DNA of 64,000 bases from Dictyostelium discoideum (Eukaryota), in NCBI GenBank assembly GCA_000004695.1, contig CM000155.2:2048001-2112000 (forward strand), in the 5' to 3' direction. Below the pieces are notes generated by a model. The model did not search any database. It saw nothing but the letters and a program-made list of their open reading frames with translations, and was not told where the DNA came from. How positions within the stretch are numbered: position 1 is the first letter of the stretch; each line of letters begins with the position of its first letter. Both the position numbers and the translations under genes were made by a program. This document shows, piece after piece, positions 60,211-64,000 of the stretch.

Positions 60211-61064
60211 ATAATTTTTTTTTTTTGATAAATTTTTAAAAAATAAATAATAATAGAGTCTTAATTTTAAATTAATTTTTAAAAAACAAATATTATAATA
60301 TTTAATATATTTTTATATGTTGGTTTATTTTAAATTACATGAAATTTAAATGGGGGTATGAATGAATTTAAATAATAATAATTTGTTTTTGGAAAAATTT
60401 ATTTTTAATAATAAATAAAAAATAAAAAAAAAAGATTTATTTTTTATAATTGAACAAACAAAAATTATAATTTGTTTATTATTATTTTAAAATAATTTAA
60501 GTGTACTCTATACTATAATCTGTTTAATCTAGATTATTAAAGTAAATTGTTTGTTTTTCGTTATTTTTTTTTTTTGTTTTTTTTAATTTTTTAAAAATGA
60601 GTTTTATCTAAAGGTAATCTACCACATTCTAACCTTAATACTGGTAAATTAATATTGATTATTTTTGTGTAATTTTCTGACTTTGTAATGGGAAAAGATA
60701 AAAATCTAATTTTAGAAATAGTGGATAATAAGTTTAATATATTATTATTGTAATTTTAAAAAAAAAGGAGTTTGTTTATTTTTTTTTTTTTTTTATTCAC
60801 TTTTTTTTTTTTTCCTTTTTTTTTTTTTTCTATTCACATTTTTATTATTTATTTATTCAATTAAAAAACAAAAACACAAGCACAGAAATTTTATTTTTAA
60901 GTAATTTTAATATAGAATAACCATTTAACAATATTGTAATATGAATTTATTAACACATATATTTTAACCCCTTTTTTTTTTTTTATTTATAATTTTTCAT
61001 TTAAATAATGGTATAAAAAAAAAAAATAAAAAAAATAAAAAAAAAATAAAAAAAAAAAAAACAA

Positions 61065-63089
61065 ATGAAAATATTTATTATAAAAATAATATTAGTACTC
61101 TTTAACTATGTATTATTAAGTTATTCAATAAATCAAGATTTAAATATTTTAAATGTATATGATGTTAGATTTGCACAAACTCATGTTATACCAATTGAAG
61201 GTAAAAGTTGGATACTTAATAATAAAACCTATACATTAACGATTGTTGGTAATAGAGATTCATTGTTATTAGTTAAATTTATTGATATATCAATAACAGG
61301 AACATCATCAATCAAAACAGTAACAACAAAAACAACCAAAGAAGAAATAAAAGCAACAATATTAACAAACACATATAATGTAATGGTATGGAATAATGAT
61401 ATAGTAATGGGAACACGTTTATTAAATGATCCAAATCAATTACCACCAACAGAATCAAATGGAGAACAATATTCAAATGAACATCATAGTATAATGATAC
61501 CAAAAGAATGGGTAAAACCTGGTATGAAATTGCAATTTTTTGAAAATTCAAATAGTTTTATAAAGAGTTCAAAATTTATATTTCCAAATGTTGGTCAAGA
61601 TTATACATTAAAAATGTGGACATTACCATTTTATTTATTTGGTGCAAATGATACAAATACAAGACCATTCAATCAAACTAAAAACATTGATGATAGTATA
61701 AGTGCTGGTTTAAGTCAAGTTTATTCATGTTCAAATATTTTATCATTAAATCATCCAATTCAAAGGGTAGATTGGCCTTATTTAGTATTAGGACCTAGAA
61801 ATGGTTTACCTGGAATGTTAATTACAAATTCAGATCAAAAAAAAGATGGTTATGCAATAATGGAAGGTGTATTAAATATTTTAACAGGAATTAGAGTTGC
61901 ATTTGGTGAATCAACATCATCAATTCAAATATATGCACCATTATTACATTTAGGTGCAAATGGTAAATATGCTGATACCTATGGAGGTTTAGGGGGAAGT
62001 TCCAGAGGTACAGGAGACTATAGGTATGTAGCTCAATTGAGTTTTCTATTATAATAAACTCACTTTCAAATATTAAAACCAAATTAAAAAAAAATTAAAA
62101 ATAAACCTAAAATTTAATTCTGAATCTAATGGTATATTTTTTAATAATTTATAACCAAATTAAAATATTTATATAGATATTCTGATACATTTGTACATGA
62201 ACAAGGCCATGCTATGGGATTACCCCATGCAGGGGAAGCTTTTGCATCTGGCTCATACCCCTATGTAAATGGTAGTCTACTAGGATCAGAATGGGGTTTC
62301 GATATTAATCATTATGAATTCCTTAGTATTACCCTTTCAAATACATCAAAAAACTATAAAGGATGTGAAAAAAAGAATGTTAAAGATACACAAAATCGTT
62401 GTGTTAAACAAAGTGTTATGCAAAGTGGTGCAGGTGATAGATCATCAAATTATTTATTTAGTATGTTTTCCGATTTTGAAATGTCAATTATTCAAAATTA
62501 TTTTAAAAATTCAATTTACTATGATGAACAAATTGGAAAATATAAAAAATGGAATGAAACTATTGGTTCATATTATGAATATAAACCAATTACAAAAGAT
62601 TATGGATTCTATAGGCTAGATGATGGTATACCAATTGAAAGAGATATTGATGTCTATACAATTGTATTTACCTATAGTTTGGTTGGACCTGAACCATTAT
62701 CACAAATTTATCCATTACTTAAATCAAAAGGTAATTTAATTAGACAATTTGATCCAACTAATAAAACTGAAATGAAATTAATTACACCAAATACCGGTTC
62801 AATTCCATGGTATTGTTTTAATAGTGGTTGTGATTATACAATTAGAGTTACCTATGATGATGATTCAATTAAACATATACTCCTTCAACAAGGTAAACGT
62901 CAATATTGGAAACCAATGGGTGATTTTAAATTAAATTTTAATGATCCAACAAGTTCTGATAGTTTCTTATTAGGTGTAATAAATGTTAAAGCAATAAAAA
63001 CAATTAAAAAGGTTGAATTATTAGAAACTTTAATGGCTTGGAATGGAATATCTAAAAATTCAAAACTATTAACATTTAAATTATTTTAA
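61065..63089 (+). CDS. Dictomallein-like M66 metalloprotease, paralogue 4; join(61065..62033,62177..63089), with a ~143-bp intron just upstream of the HExxH site.
   Basis: Two ORFs (61065-62054 and 62214-63089) are joined by a GTATGT donor at 62034 and a TATAG acceptor at 62176 (phase 2), giving ..GTGDYR|YSDTFVHEQGHAMGLPHAGEA.. The N-terminal domain carries an extra Thr/Lys-rich insert (ISITGTSSIKTVTTKTTKEEIKATILTNT) absent from paralogues 1-3. Confidence 0.7.
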
Positions 63090-63175
63090 TTTAAAAAAAA
63101 AAAAATAAAAAATAAAAAATAAATAAATAAAAAAGATATATAATAATAAAAATTATAGTTTAATATTTTAATTTT

Positions 63176-63216
<41 letters not shown>

Positions 63217-63313
63217 CAAAAAAATTTATTTATTTATTTATTTTATTATATTATATAATTTATATAATATTATTTATTTTACTTAATAACTATACAACAT
63301 ATATTATTATTAA

Positions 63314-63343
<30 letters not shown>

Positions 63344-63348
<5 letters not shown>

Positions 63349-64000
63349 CCATTTGAATTGCATCTGGATCTTCATCATTACATTTATTACTACCACCAAC
63401 AGCATAATTATTATCATCAGCTGCTTTATTATAATCTAAACCTGATAAATTTGTATAACTTGAACTTGATTTAAGTGATGGATCTAATAAAGAATTTGAT
63501 GGATGAACTATTAATAAAGAGACTTGAGTATTATTAATTAATTTCTCTTGTTTGGTAGCATCTTCACGTGGTACACCAACAACAACACACCAATATTCAG
63601 CGTCTGGGTTACTTGATCTTTGGAGAACTTCTTGGTATGGATCATTTGATTGAATGATGTTAAAGCTATCAATATTAATCTTTGGATTATTACCAATTCT
63701 TTCCAAGAGTTTCTCTGGATTGGTGGCCAATACTGTGATTTTGATATTTTCACGTCTAGCCATTTTGATGACGACTGTGAGAGCATCATTTTCATAGATT
63801 TCACCAGAGAATCCGAATAAAATATTATGTTGTCTATGGAATCTTTCTAAACCTTTATCAACGACTACACCAACACATGATTTACAAGTTTGTAAAACTT
63901 TGACAATAACTTTACCATAGAATGCTTGGCCATCACTGCCACCACTACCACCACCACCAAAGAAACCACCAGATTGACCAAGTGAAGAAATACCTTCGTT
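63344..64000 (-). CDS. Hypothetical protein, C-terminal part (gene continues beyond window end)
   Basis: The open frame runs from the window edge through ...GGFFGGGGSGGSDGQAFYGKVIVKVLQTCKSCVGVVVDKGLERFHRQHNILFGFSGEIYENDALTVVIKMARRENIKITVLATNPEKLLERIG... to a stop at 63344. It faintly resembles the C-terminal regulatory domains of cation/H+ exchangers, but that is a guess. Confidence 0.35.

Overview
This 64-kb window looks like Dictyostelium-type nuclear DNA; that assignment is inference from composition and gene content, not a database match. It is extremely AT-rich with long poly(dA)/(dT) intergenic tracts. Coding regions carry poly-Asn, poly-Gln and poly-Thr codon runs and short AT-rich GT..AG introns. 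I can support about 25 protein-coding genes:
- cullin-4-like (3' part, 3 exons)
- a small 4-TM protein (2 exons)
- DNA ligase IV
- Mob1 (3 exons)
- PI-specific phospholipase C (2 exons)
- a P-loop kinase-like gene (2 exons)
- phosphatidylserine decarboxylase (2 exons)
- a patatin-like phospholipase
- a FANCL-type E3 ligase (2 exons)
- an NT-C2 + coiled-coil + DIL-domain protein (4 exons)
- a VIT/vWA protein
- an NmrA-like reductase
- an eIF2alpha-kinase-like gene interrupted by a 100-N assembly gap
- an AFG1-like ATPase
- a same-strand tandem array of four M66 (dictomallein/StcE-like) secreted zinc-metalloprotease paralogues.
The main accessory feature is a tRNA-Leu(AAG)/tRNA-Tyr(GUA, intron-containing) pair used as a landing pad for tRNA-targeted non-LTR retrotransposons (TRE5-A/DRE-like). 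One is a near full-length ~6.3-kb element with ORF1, an APE-endonuclease/RT ORF2, a 4.3x tandem 199-bp 5' module array and a 16-18-bp target-site duplication. A second, truncated copy ends exactly 48 bp upstream of tRNA-Leu. Other observations: a TPP-enzyme pseudogene fragment flanked by direct repeats, a ~350-bp tandem duplication creating an orphan 5' dictomallein fragment, and two apparent homopolymer frameshifts. No prokaryotic-style systems are present. Coordinates of splice junctions were worked out by hand and may be off by a base or two.
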